Below are positions 17,909-30,500 of a stretch of 64,000 nucleotides of DNA, one piece after another. A program made the translations under genes and the position numbers. The notes beneath the pieces were generated by a model that ran no database searches, had not been told where the DNA came from, and was given only the letters and a program-made list of their open reading frames with translations. This DNA comes from Phyllobates terribilis (lineage: Eukaryota), in the NCBI RefSeq assembly GCF_046119375.1, contig NW_027362768.1:385020001-385084000 (forward strand). Reading direction: 5' to 3'. The first letter of the stretch is position 1, and each line of letters opens with the position of its first letter.

Positions 17909-20754
17909 GTAACAACCGGGAGCCCCCCTGTGTCCAGATGTCACATATAGTGTGTGCAGTGCATCCTGCAGCTTCTTATAAAGTCTATGCAGTGTGTCCT
18001 ACAGATCCTTATAAAGTCTATGCAGTGTGTCCTACAGATTCTTATAAAGTCTATGCAGTGTGTCCTACAGATTCTTATAAAGTCTATGCAGTGTGTCCTG
18101 CAGATTCTTATAAAGTCTATGCAGTGTATCCTGCAGATTCTTATAAAGTCTATGCAGTGTATCCTGCAGATTCTTATAAAGTCTATGCAGTGTGTCCTAC
18201 AGATTCTTATAAAGTCTATGCAGTGTGTCCTGCAGATTCTTATAAAGTCTATGCAGTGTGTCCTGCAGATTCTTATAAAGTCTATGCAGTGTGTCCTACA
18301 GATTCTTATAAAGTCTATGCAGTGTGTCCTACAGATTCTTATAAAGTCTATGCAGTGTGTCCTGCAGATTCTTATAAAGTCTATGCAGTGTGTCCTGCAG
18401 ATTCTTATAAAGTCTATGCAGTGTGTCCTACAGATTCTTATAAAGTCTATGCAGTGTGTCCTGCAGATTCTTATAAAGTCTATGCAGTGTGTCCTGCAGA
18501 TTCTTATAAAGTCTATGCAGTGTGTCCTACAGATTCTTATAAAGTCTATGCAGTGTGTCCTACAGATTCTTATAAAGTCTATGCAGTGTGTCCTGCAGAT
18601 TCTTATAAAGTCTATGCAGTGTGTCCTGCAGATTCTTATAAAGTCTATGCAGTGTGTCCTGCAGATTCTTATAAAGTCTATGCAGTGTGTCCTGCAGATT
18701 CTTATAAAGTCTATGCAGTGTGTCCTGCAGATTCTTATAAAGTCTATGCAGTGTGTCCTGCAGATTCTTATAAAGTCTATGCAGTGTGTCCTGCAGATTC
18801 TTATAAAGTCTATGCAGTGTGTCCTGCAGATTCTTATAAAGTCTCTGCAGTGTGTGTCATGCAGCTTCACAGCAGAAATCTCCCAGCATGCCCTGCTTGC
18901 TCAGCTGCTCGTATCAGCGTATATTCAGATTTGTGACACCCAATGGGACACTTTACATCCCCCGTTGTCAGGGTCTTCCCTGCTGTGTTCCCTGCTCACG
19001 GCTCCTCTCTCCGCAGGGATATGCTGCTGAGCCCCGAGTCCAGGATTCGTGTGATGGAAGGAGCTGCAGACAATATGCCGGACGAGGCGGCAATGAGGGC
19101 GGCCGGAGAGATCCAGAAAGTGGCAGAAAAGCTGCAGGAGAAGCATTTACTGCTGGTGCTGATCTCAGGTGACGGAGATCCCCATCCCCTGCCCCAGGGT
19201 TAATATCCGCACCCATCATGGTCTAAGGTGACGGTTGCTCCTGAGTATTGCACCCCTGCAGTTTATTTGGAGCATGCCCGATAATGCCCAGTGCGGGTAC
19301 CTGTCCTGGAAGTCCATGTCTTGCCCTTTAGGGGGCAGCCACACGGGGCCGAAATACCAGGTATCTCTGTACGCAGGACGATGGGGCCGCATGGGCTCGG
19401 GCCGATATTGATGCACAGAGCAGCTTCTTATAGGCAGCACTGTCCTTCCTCCTGGGGAGAGATAATTTGCATACTTATCCCAGGAAGCATTGCTTTCTAA
19501 GAGTCAGCCTCGGCGTGGCGTTATCTCTCGGCGTGGCGTTATCTCGCAGCGTGGCGGTATCTCGCACCACGGCGGTATTGGTATTTCGTGGTTGCACCGT
19601 TCTCAACGGTCTTTCTCCGTCTTAGGTGGTGGCTCCGCGCTTCTGCCCGCGCCTGTGCCTCCCCTCACCCTGCAAGATAAACAGGCGGTAACCAAGCAGC
19701 TGGCACTTAAAGGGGCCACGATACAGGAACTGAACACCATCCGCAGAGGCCTGTCCCGGCTGAAGGGCGGGGGTCTCTCCAGGGCGGCCCACCCGGCACA
19801 GGTTGGTACAAGGATGTGAAAGCTGCAGGGTAAGGACGCTTTGGACTCTTGACTCTTTCGGTCTCTCTCCTCCAGGTGGTCAGTCTCATCTTGTCCGACG
19901 TCATCGGGGATGACCTTAATGTGATCGCCAGCGGCCCGACTGTCTGCAGCGCGTACAAAGCGGAGGACTGTCTGCAGATCCTGAGTAAATACGGCCTGCG
20001 GGGCTCGGTGCCAGCCGCAGTGGAGGACGTCCTGCTCTCCAGACCCCGGGCGGACCCCGCGCAGGATCACGGCCGCATCCACAACATCTTGATCGGCTCC
20101 AACCTCCTCTCCCTCCGCGAGGCCGAGCAGGAGGCTCAGAGGCTGGGATATGTGACCTCGCTCCTCTCCACGGCCATCAGGGGAGATGTTCATCTGGTCT
20201 CCCGGTTTTACGCCCTCCTGGCCGAGGTCCTCTGGTCCTATCTCACGGTGGCCCCTCAGAGGCCAGAGCTGGAGGAGACCCTCCTGGCCGTGGCCTCGTC
20301 CATGGACATCCCCGACCTCCACTTCGCCGCCCGACTGCAGGAAATGAAGGAGACCGGGGCTTCAGATGGTGTCTGTGTGCTTTGCGGAGGCGAAACCACA
20401 GTCCAGGTGCAGGGAAAAGGCAGAGGAGGAAGAAACCAGGAGCTGGCACTGCGGGTGGCTGCACAGTGGCATCAGTCCGTGGCCACCATGCAGGGCTGTG
20501 AGGTTGTGCTCCTGAGCGGGGGCACAGATGGGCAGGATGGTCCCACACCGGCAGCTGGTGCCGTCTCCTACCCTCAGCTGGTGGAGCAGGCGCAGCACGA
20601 CGGTCTGGACGTAGAGACCTTCCTGAACGCCAGCGACTCGTACGGCTTCTTCAGTCAGTTCCAAAATGGCAGACGTCTCCTGGTGACCGGACTAACCGGG
20701 ACCAACGTGATGGACGTGCAGGTCCTGCTGATACGACGTCACAAGGACCAATAG
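17559..20754 (+). CDS. GLYCTK: Glycerate kinase (MOFRL family), complete spliced CDS, 518 aa
   Basis: Exons 17559-17908, 19017-19168, 19626-19801, 19876-20754 total 1557 nt with consistent phases; motifs YLVGFGKAVLGMA, LISGGGSAL, GGETTV, GRGGRNQE, SGGTDGQDGPT, TGTNVMD. Confidence 0.96.
17950..18860. repeat. 33-bp minisatellite, about 27 near-identical copies, GLYCTK intron
   Basis: Unit atgcagtgtgtcct(g/a)cagattcttataaagtct. Confidence 0.97.
19017..19168 (+). CDS. GLYCTK: GLYCTK coding exon 2
   Basis: DMLLSPESRIRVMEGAADNMPDEAAMRAAGEIQKVAEKLQEKHLLLVLIS; 152 bp. Confidence 0.95.
19626..19801 (+). CDS. GLYCTK: GLYCTK coding exon 3
   Basis: GGSALLPAPVPPLTLQDKQAVTKQLALKGATIQELNTIRRGLSRLKGGGLSRAAHPAQ; 176 bp. 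Confidence 0.95.
19876..20754 (+). CDS. GLYCTK: GLYCTK last coding exon
   Basis: VVSLILSDVIGDDLNVIASGPT...TGTNVMDVQVLLIRRHKDQ*. Confidence 0.96.
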   Translation: MVSLILSDVIGDDLNVIASGPTVCSAYKAEDCLQILSKYGLRGSVPAAVEDVLLSRPRADPAQDHGRIHNILIGSNLLSLREAEQEAQRLGYVTSLLSTAIRGDVHLVSRFYALLAEVLWSYLTVAPQRPELEETLLAVASSMDIPDLHFAARLQEMKETGASDGVCVLCGGETTVQVQGKGRGGRNQELALRVAAQWHQSVATMQGCEVVLLSGGTDGQDGPTPAAGAVSYPQLVEQAQHDGLDVETFLNASDSYGFFSQFQNGRRLLVTGLTGTNVMDVQVLLIRRHKDQ

Positions 20755-21175
20755 GGGTTGAGGGGGCACCAGCGAGGAGAGACACTGTGTGCCCCAGTCA
20801 CACCCAGAGCTGCGCTCACCATTCTGTTACCTCCGGAGCTGCACTCACCATTCTGTTACTTCCAGAGCTGCGCTCCCCATTAGTTCTCATCTCCCTCTGC
20901 TGCCATATGAGGTGGTGTCTGCACCAATCTAAAGAAATACTGGAGAGCAGTGCATTGTGGGAAGTGACCTTGGATGCCCCGCCCCTCATTTACTTTCTCA
21001 TCACATCAGACGTCTCTGCTCCTGTAGCGATAATGGAGTAACTCTGACTTGTTTTACTACAGGCAGTAAAGCGAGAAGCTGTGTACTCAGCGCATTGGTG
21101 TGCAGCCTGTTGTGCTGACATCTAGTGGCTGATGTGAAAACTGCAATGTCTCAGAATTTGTTTTTCCAGCGATAC

Positions 21176-21191
21176 AATAAAATCTAATAAA
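21176..21191 (+). terminator. Twin AATAAA poly(A) signals, probable GLYCTK 3' end
   Basis: AATAAA at 21176 and 21186, about 420 bp after the stop. Confidence 0.6.
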
Positions 21192-21545
21192 AAGTCACTT
21201 TCTGGGACCGGATCTGATCTGTTCGTCTCGTTCTGTCGGATGCTCGCTGCTTCCCATGTTTCTTTGTCATTGTCCAAACTTTCTGTTCCTAGTAGGAGAC
21301 ACGCGGCTGTGGATCGGGGTCCGGTGGCATCTTCTGTCTCCTGGATTACTCCGTTATATAATGAACATTGATCGTCTGTGATCAGGAAAGAATCAGAGAG
21401 AAGGAAGAAGAAGAAGAGTGAGATGAAGGCGGGAAGATGAAAGGGAACAGATTATGTCCTGGAATATCGGTGTTAAAGCTGCGAACGAGGAGAAAGAGGA
21501 AAAGAGAAGAGAAGGACTGTGCAAGGACTGACCGATCTGCTGTGC

Positions 21546-24500
21546 TCTCTCCTGGGTACTGAGGGCGTTCTTCTCTGTGACCACAGGGGGCCGCTGTCTC
21601 CCGGGTAGTGGGGGCGTTCTTCTCTGTGACCACAGGGGGCCGCTGTCTCCCGGGTAGTGAGGGCGTTATTCTCTGTGACCACAGGGGGCCGCTGTCTCCC
21701 GGGTAGTGAGGGCGTTCTTCTCTGTGACCACAGGGGGCCGCTGTCTCCCGGGTAGTGGGGGCATTCTTCTCTGTGACCACAGGGGGCCGTTGTCTCCCGG
21801 GTAGTGGGGGCATTCTTCTCTGTGACCACAGGGGGCCGTTGTCTCCCGGGTAGTGGGGGCATTCTTCTCTGTGACCACAGAGGGCCGCTGTCTCCCGGGC
21901 TGTGGGGGCATTATTCTCTGTGACCACAGGGGGCCGCTGTCTTGTGGGTAGTGGGGGCGTTCTTTTTTGTGACCACAGGGGGCGCTGTCTTCTGGGTAGT
22001 GAGGACGTTCTTCTCTGTGACCACAGGGGCCGCTGTCTCCCTGGTAGTGGGGGCGTTCTTCTTTGTGACCACAGGGGGCCGCTGTCTCCAGTGTAGTGGG
22101 GGCGTTCTTCTCTGTGACCACAGGGGGTCGCTGTCTCCCAGTAGTGGGGACATTCTTCTCTGTTACCACAGGGGGCCGCTGTCTCCTAGTAGTGGGGGCG
22201 TTCTTCTCTGTTACCACAGGGGCCGCTGTCTCCCAGTAGTGGGGGCGTTCTTCTCTGTGACCACAGGGGGTCGCTGTCTCCCAGTAGTGGGGACATTCTT
22301 CTCTGTTACCACAGGGGGCCGCTGTCTCCCAGTAGTGGGGACATTCTTCTCTGTTACCACAGGGGGCCGCTGTCTCCCAGTAGTGGGGACGTTCTTCTCT
22401 GTGACCACAGGGGGCCAATGTCTCCCAGATAGTGGGGGCGTTTTCCTCTGTGACCACAGGGGGCCGCTGTCTCCCGCGTAGTTGGGACTTTCTTCTCTGT
22501 GACCACAGGGGGCCGCTGTCTCCCGGGTAGTGGGGGCGTTCTTCTCTGTGACCACAGGGGGCCGCTGTCTCCCGCGTAGTTGGGACTTTCTTCTCTGTGT
22601 CCACAGGGGGCCGCACTCTCCTGGGTAGTGAGGGCGTTCTTCTCCGTGACCACAGGGGGCTGCTGTCTACCGGGTAGTGGGGGCCTTCTTCTCTGTGACC
22701 ACAGGGGGCCGCTGTCTCCCGGGTAGTGGGGGCGTTGTTCTCTGTGACCACAGGGGGCCGTTGTCTCCCGGGTAGTGGGGGCATTCTTCTCTGTGACCAC
22801 AGGGGGCCGCTGTCTCCCGGGTAGTTGGGACTTTCTTCTCTGTGACCACAGGGGGCCGCTGTCTCCCGGGTAGTTGGGACTTTCTTCTCTGTGTCCACAG
22901 GGGGCCGCAGTCTCCTGGGTAGTGAGGGCGTTCTTCTCCGTGACCACAGGGGGCCGCTGTCTGCCTGGTAGTGGGGGCGTTCTTTCTGTGACCACAGGGG
23001 GCCGCTGTCTCCTGGGTAGTGGGGGCGTTCTTCTCTGTGACCACTGGGGGCCGCTGTCTCCCAGTAGTGAGGGCGTTTTTCTCTGTGACCACAGGGGGCC
23101 GCTGTCTCCCGGGTAGTGGGGGCGTTCTTCTCTGTGACCACAGGGGGCCGCTGTTTCCCAGTAGTGGGGGCGCTCTTTGTGACCACAGGGGGCCGCTGTC
23201 TCCCGGATAGTGGGGGCGTTCTTCTCTGTGACCACAGGGGGCTGCTGTCATCCAGGTAGTGGGGGCGTTCTTCTCTGTGACCACAGGGGGCTGCTGTCAT
23301 CCAGGTAGTGGGGGCGTTCTTCTCTTTGACCACAGGGGGCTGCTGTCTCCCGGGTAGTGGGAGCGTTCTTCTCTGTGACCACAGGGGGCCGCTGTCTTCT
23401 GGGTAGTGAGGGCGTTCTTCTCTGTGACCACAGGGGGCTGCTGTCTTCCGGGTAGTGGGGACGTTCTTCTCTGTGACCACAGGGGGCTGCTGTCTACCGG
23501 GTAGTGGGGGCCTTCTTCTCTGTGACCACAGGGGGCCGCTGTCTCCCGGGTAGTGGGGGCGTTCTTCTTTGTGACCACAGGGTGCCGCTGTCACCCGGGT
23601 AGTGGGGGCCTTCTTCTCTGTGACCACAGGGGGCCGCTGTCTCCCGGGTAGTGGGGGCGTTCTTCTTTGTGACCACAGGGTGCCGCTGTCACCCGGGTAG
23701 TGGGGGCATTCTTCTCTGTGACCACAGGGTGCCGCTGTCACCCGGGTAGTGGGGGCGTTCTTCTCTGTGACCACAGGGGGCCGTTGTCTCCCGGGTAGTG
23801 GGGGCATTCTTCTCTGTGACCACAGGGGGCCGCTGTCTCCCGGGTAGTTGGGACTTTCTTCTCTGTGACCACAGGGGGCCGCTGTCTCCCGGGTAGTTGG
23901 GACTTTCTTCTCTGTGTCCACAGGGGGCCGCAGTCCCCTGGGTAGTGAGGGCGTTCTTCTCCGTGACCACAGGGGGCCGCTGTCTGCCTGGTAGTGGGGG
24001 CGTTCTTTCTGTGACCACAGGGGGCCGCTGTCTCCTGGGTAGTGGGGGCGTTCTTCTTTGTGACCACAGGGTGCCGCTGTCACCCGGGTAGTGGGGGCGT
24101 TCTTCTCTGTGACCACTGGGGGCCGCTGTCTCCCAGTAGTGAGGGCGTTTTTCTCTGTGACCACAGGGGGCCGCTGTCTCCCAGTAGTGGGGGCATTCTT
24201 CTCTGTGACCACAGGGGGCCGCACTCTCCTGGGTAGTGGGGGCGTTCTTCTCTGTGACCACAGGGGACCACTGTCTCCCTGGTAGTGGGGGCTTTCTTCT
24301 CTGTGACCACTGGGGGCCGCTCTCTCCCAGTAGTGGGGGCTTTCTTCTCTGTGACCACAGGGTGCCGCCGTCTCCCTGGTAGTGGGGGCGTTCTTTCTGT
24401 AACCACAGGGGGCCGCTGTCTCCCAGTTAGTGGGGGCGTTTTTCTCTGTGACCACAGGGGGCCGCTGTCTCCCGTGTAGTGGGGGCGTTCTTCTCTGTGA

Positions 24501-27500
24501 CCACAGGGGGCTGCTGTCATCCAAGTTGTGGGGGCGTTCTTATCTGTGACCACAGGGGGCCGCTGTCTCCCAGTTAGTGGGGGCGTTCTTTCTGTGACCA
24601 CAGGGGGCCGCTGTCTCCCTGTTAGTGGGGGCGTTCTTCTCTGTGACCACAGGGGGCCGCTGTCTCCCAGTAGTGGGGGCGTTCTTTGTGACCACAGAGA
24701 GCCGCTGTCTCCCGGGTAGTGGGGGCGTTCTTCTCTGTGACCACAGGGGGCCGCTGTTTCCCAGTAGTGGGGGCGTTCTTTGTGACCACAGGGGGCCGCT
24801 GTCTCCCGGATAATGGGGGCGTTCTTCTCTGTGACCACAGGGGGCTGCTGTCTCCCGGGTAGTGGGGGCGTTCTTCTCTGTGACCACAGGGGGCCGCTGT
24901 CTTCTGGGTAGTGAGGGCGTTCTTCTCTTTGACCACAGGGGGCTGCTGTCTCCCGGGTAGTGGGGGCGTTCTTCTCTGTGACCACAGGGGGCCGCTGTCT
25001 TCTGGGTAGTTGAGGGCGTTCTTCTCTGTGACCACAGGGGGCCGCTGTCTCCCGGGTAGTGGGGGCGTTCTTCTCTGTGACCACAGGGGGCTGCTGTCTC
25101 CCGGGTAGTGGGGAAGTTCTTCTCTGTGACCACAGGGGGCTGCTGTCTACCGGGTAGTGGGGGCCTTCTTCTCTGTGACCACAGGGGGCCGCTGTCTCCC
25201 GGGTAGTGGGGACATTCTTCTCTGTGACCACAGGGGGCCGCTGTCTCCCGGGTAGTGGGGACATTCTTCTCTGTGACCACAGGGGGCCGTTGTCTCCCGG
25301 GTAGTGGGGGCATTCTTCTCTGTGACCACAGGGGACCGCTGTCTCCCGGGTAGTGGGGACGTTCTTCTCTGTGACCACAGGGGGCTGCTGTCATCCAGGT
25401 AGTGGGAGGCATTCTTCTCTGTGACCACTTGGGGCCGCTGTCTCCCGGGTAGTGGGGACGTTCTTCTCTGTGACCACAGGGGGCTGCTGTCATCCAGGTA
25501 GTGGGAGGCATTCTTCTCTGTGACCACTTGGGGCCGCTGTCTCCCGGGTAGTGGGGGCATTCTTCTCTGTGACCACAGGGGGCCGCTGTCTCCCGGGTGG
25601 TGGGGGCGTTCTTCTCTGTGACCACAGGGGGCCGCTGTCATCCAGGTAGTGGGAGGCATTCTTCTCTGTGACCACAGGGGGCCGCTGTCATCCAGGTAGT
25701 GGGAGGCATTCTTCTCTGTGACCACAGGGGCCGCTGTCTCCCCGGTAGTGGGTTCTTTCTTCTCTGTGACCACAGGGGGCCGCTGTCTCCCAGGTAGTGG
25801 GTTCTTTCTTCTCTGTGACCACAGGAGGCCGCTGTCTCCCGGATAGTGGGGATGTTCTTCTCTGTGACCTCAGGGGGCCGCTGTCTCCCAGGTCGTAGGG
25901 ATGTTCTTCTCTGTGACCACAGGGGGCCGCTGTCTCCCGGGTAGTGGGGGTGTTCTTCTCTGTGACCACAGGGGGCCGCTGTCTCCCAGGTAGTGGGGGT
26001 GTTCTTCTCTGTGACCACAGGGGGCCGCTGTCTCCCAGGTAGTTGGGGCGTTCTTCTCTGTGACCACAGGGGGCCGCTGTCTCCCGGGTAGTGGGGGTGT
26101 TCTTCTCTGTGACCACAGGGGGCCGCTGTCTCCCAGGTAGTGGGGGCTTTCTTCTCTGTGACCACAGGGGGCCGCTGTCTTCCAGGTAGTGGGAGGCATT
26201 CTTCTCTGTGACCACAGGGGGCCGCTGTCATCCAGGTAGTGGGAGGCATTTTTCTCTGTGACCACAGGGGGCCGCTGTCATCCAGGTAGTGGGAGGCATT
26301 CTTCTCTGTGACCACAGGGGCCGCTGTCTCCCCGGTAGTGGGGATGTTCTTCTCTGTGACCACAGGGGGCCGCTGTCTCCCGGATAGTGAGGGCGTTCTT
26401 CTCTGTGACCACAGGGGGCCGCTGTCTCCCGGGCAGTGGGGGTGTTCTTCTCTGTGACCACAGGGGGCCGCTGTCTCCCGGGTAGTGGGGGCATTCTTCT
26501 CTGTGACCACAAGGGGCCGCTGTCTCCCGGGCAGTGGGGGCGTTCTTCTCTGTGACCATAGGGGGCCGCTGTCTCCCAGGCAGTGGGGGCTTTCTTCTCT
26601 GTGACCACAGGGGGCTGCTGTCTCCCAGTAGTGGGGGCGTTCTTTGTGACCACAGGGGGCCGCTGTCTCCCGGATAGTGGGGGCATTCTTCTCTGTGACC
26701 ACAGGGGCCGCTGTCTCCCAGGTAGTGAGGGCTTTCTTCTCTGTGACCACAGGGGCCGCTGTCTCCCCGGTAGTGAGGGCGTTCTTCTCTGTGACCACAG
26801 GGGCCGCTGTCTCCCCGTTAGTGAGGGCGTTCTTCTCTGTGACCACAGGGGGCCGCTGTCTCCCAGTTAGTGGGGGCTTTCTTCTCTGTGACCACAGGGG
26901 GCCGCTGTCTCCCGGGTAGTGGGGGCATTCTGATCTGTGACCACAAGGGGCCGCTGTCTCCCAGTAGTGGGGGCGTTCTTCTCTGTGACCACAGGGGGCC
27001 GCTGTCATCCAGGTAGTGGGGGCATTCTGATCTGTCACCACAGGGGGCCGCTGTCTTCCAAGTAGTGGGGGCATTCTGATCTGTGACCACAAGGGGCCGC
27101 TGTCATCCAGGTAGTGGGAGGCATTCTTCTCTGTGACCACAGGGGGATGCTGTCTCCCGGATAGTGGGGATGTTCTTCTCTGTGACCACAGGGGGCCGCT
27201 GTCTCCCGGGCAGTGGGGGCGTTCTTTGTGACCACAGGGGGCCACTGTCTCCCAGTAGTGGGGGCGTTCTTCTCTGTGACCACAGGGGGCTGCTGTCTCC
27301 CGGGTACTGGGGGCGTTCTTCTCTGTGACCACAGGGGGCCGATGTCTCTCGGGTAGTGGGGGCGTTCTTCTCTGTGACCACAGGGGGCTGCTGTCTCCCG
27401 GGTAGTGGGGGCGTTCTTCTCTGTGACCACAGGGGGCCGCTGTCTCCCGTGTAGTGGGGGCGTTCTTCTCTGTGACCACAGGGGGCTGCTGTCTCCCGTG

Positions 27501-30500
27501 TAGTGGGGGCGTTCTTCTCTGTGACCACAGGGGGCTGCTGTCTCCCGGGTAGTGGGGGCGTTCTTCTCTATGACCACAGGGGGCCTCTGTCTCCCGGGTA
27601 GTGAGGGCGTTCTTCTCTGTGACCACAGGGGGCCGCTGTCTCCCAGGTAGTGGGGGCTTTCTTCTCTGTGACCACAGGGGGCCGCTGTCTTCCAGGTAGT
27701 GGGGGCATTCTTCTCTGTGACCACAGGGGGCCGCTGTCTCCCGGGTAGTGGGGGAATTCTTCTCTGTGACCACAGGGGGCTGATGTTTTCCAGGTAGTGG
27801 GAGGCATTCTTCTCTGTGACCACAGGGGGCCCTGTCTCCCAGCAGTGGGGGCGTTCTTCTCTGTGACCACAGGGGGCTGCTGTCATCCAGGTAGTGAGGG
27901 CGTTCTTCTCTGTGACCACAGGGGCCGCTGTCTCCCCGGTAGTGGGGATGCTCTTCTCTTTGACCACAGGGGGCCGCTGTCTCCCGGGTAGTGGGGGCGT
28001 TCTTCTCTGTGACCACAGGGGCCGCTGTCTCCCAGGTAGTGGGGGCTTTCTTTTCTGTGACCACAGGGGCCGCTGTCTCCCCGGTAGTGGGGATGTTCTT
28101 CTCTGTGACCACAGGGGGCCGCTGTCTCCCGGGTAGTGGGGGCATTCTTCTCTGTGACCACAGGGGCCGCTGTCTCCCCGGTAGTGGGGACATTCTTCTC
28201 TGTGACCACAGGGGGCCGTTGTCTCCCGGGTAGTGGGGGCATTCTTCTCTGTGACCACAGGGGGCCGCTGTCTCCCCGGTAGTGGGGGCGTTCTTCTCTG
28301 TGACCACAGGGGGCTGCTGTCTCCCGGGTAGTGGGGGCGTTCTTCTCTATGACCACAGGGGGCCGCTGTCTCCCGGGTAGTGAGGGCGTTCTTCTCTGTG
28401 ACCACAGGGGGCCGCTGTCTCCCAGGTAGTGGGGGCTTTCTTCTCTGTGACCACAGGGGGCCGCTGTCTTCCAGGTAGTGGGGCATTCTTCTCTGTGACC
28501 ACAGGGGGCCGCTGTCTCCCGAGTAGTGGGGGAATTCTTCTCTGTGACCACAGGGGGCCGCTGTCTTCCAGGTAGTGGGGGCGTTCTTCTCTGTGACCAC
28601 AGGGGGCCGCTGTCTCCCGGGTAGTGGGGACGTTCTTCTCTGTGACCACAGGGGGACGCTGTCTCCCGGGCAGTGGGGGCGTTCTTCTCTGTGACCACAG
28701 GGGGCCGCTGTCTCCGGGGTAGTGAGGGTGTTCTTCTCTGTGACCACAGGGGGGCCGCTGTCTCCCAGTAGTGGGGATGTTCTTCTCTGTGACCACAGGG
28801 GGCCGCTGTCTCCCAGGTAGTGGGGGCTTTCTTCTCTGTGACCACAGGGGGCCGCTGTCTCCCAGGTAGTGGGTTCTTTCTTCTCTGTGACCACAGGAGG
28901 CCGCTGTCTCCCGGATAGTGGGGATGTTCTTCTCTGTGACCACAGGGGGCCGCTGTCTCCCAGGTAGTGGGGGCTTTCTTCTCTGTGACCACAGGGGGCC
29001 GCTGTCTCCCAGGTAGTGGGTTCTTTCTTCTCTATGACCACAGGAGGCCGCTGTCTCCCGGATAGTGGGGATGTTCTTCTCTGTGACCTCAGGGGGCCGC
29101 TATCTCCCAGGTCGTGGGGATGTTCTTCTCTGTGACCACAGGGGGCCGCTGTCTCCCGGGCAGTGGGGGCGTTCTTTCAGTGACCACAGGGGGCCGCTGT
29201 CTCCCAGCAGTGGGGGCGTTCTTTCAGTGACCACAGGGGGCCGCTGTCTCCACGGCTGTAGGGGCATTCTTCTCTGTGACCACAGGGGGCCGCTTTCCCT
29301 CGGGCAGTGGGGGCGTTCTTCTCTGTGACCACAGGGGGCCGCTGTCTCCCAGTAGTGGGGGCGTTCTTTGTGACCACAGGGGGCCGCTGTCTCCCGGGCA
29401 GTGGGGCTTTCTTCTCTGTGATCACAGGGGGCCGCTGTCTCCCGGGCAGTGGGGCTTTCTTCTCTGTGACCAGAGGGGGCCACTGTCTCCCGGGTAGTGG
29501 GGGCGTTCTTCTCTGTGACCACAGGGGGCCGCTGTCTTCCAGGTAGTGGGGGCATTCTGATCTGTGACCACAAGGGGCTGCTGTCTCCCAGTAGTGGGGG
29601 CGTTCTTCTCTGTGACCACAGGGGGCCGCTGTCATCCAGGTAGTGGGAGGCGTTCTTCTCTGTGACCACAGGGGGCCGCTGTCATCCAGGTAGTGGGAGG
29701 CATTCTTCTGTGTGACAACAGGGGGGCCGCTGTCTCCCAGTAGTGGGGGCGTTCTTCTCTGTGACCACAGGGGGCTGCTGTCATCCAGGTAGTGGGAGGC
29801 GTTCTACTCTGTGACCACAGGGGGCCGCTGTCTCCCAGGTCGTGGGGATGTTCTTCTGTGTGACCACAGGGGGCTGCTGTCATCCAGGTAGTGGGTTCTT
29901 TCTTCTCTGTGACCACAGGAGGCCGCTGTCTCCCAGGTCGTGGGGATGTTCTTCTCTGTGACCACAGGGGGCCGCTGTCTCCCAAGTAGTGGGGGCGTTC
30001 TTCTCTGTGACCACAGGGGGCCGCTGTCTCCCGAGCAGTGGGGGCATTCTTCTCTGTGACCATAGGGGGCCGCTGTCTCCCAGGCAGTGGGGGCTTTCTT
30101 CTCTGTGACCACAGGGGGCCGCTGTCTCCCGGGTAGTGAGGGCGTTCTTCTCTGTGACCACAGGGGGCCGCTGTCTCCCAGGCAGTGGGGGCTTTCTTCT
30201 CTGTGACCATAGGGGGCCGCTGTCTCCCAGGCAGTGGGGGCTTTCTTCTCTGTGACCACAGGGGGCCGCTGTTTCCCAGTAGTGGGGGCATTCTTCTCTG
30301 TGACCACAGGGGGCCGCTGTCTCCCAGGCAGTGGGGGCTTTCTTCTCTGTGACCATAGGGGGCTGCTTTCTCCCAGCAGTGGGGGCGTTCTTCTCTGTGA
30401 CCACAGGGGGGCGCTGTCTCACAGCAGTGGGGGCGTTCTTCTCTGTGACCACAGAGGGCCGCTGTCTCCCGGGTAGTGGGTTCTTTATTCTCTATGACCA

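Noticed and set aside
9930-18936. Repeat-peptide ORFs at 9930-11576, 12731-14897 and 17938-19030
   Set aside because: Translations of the 35-, 30- and 33-bp minisatellites
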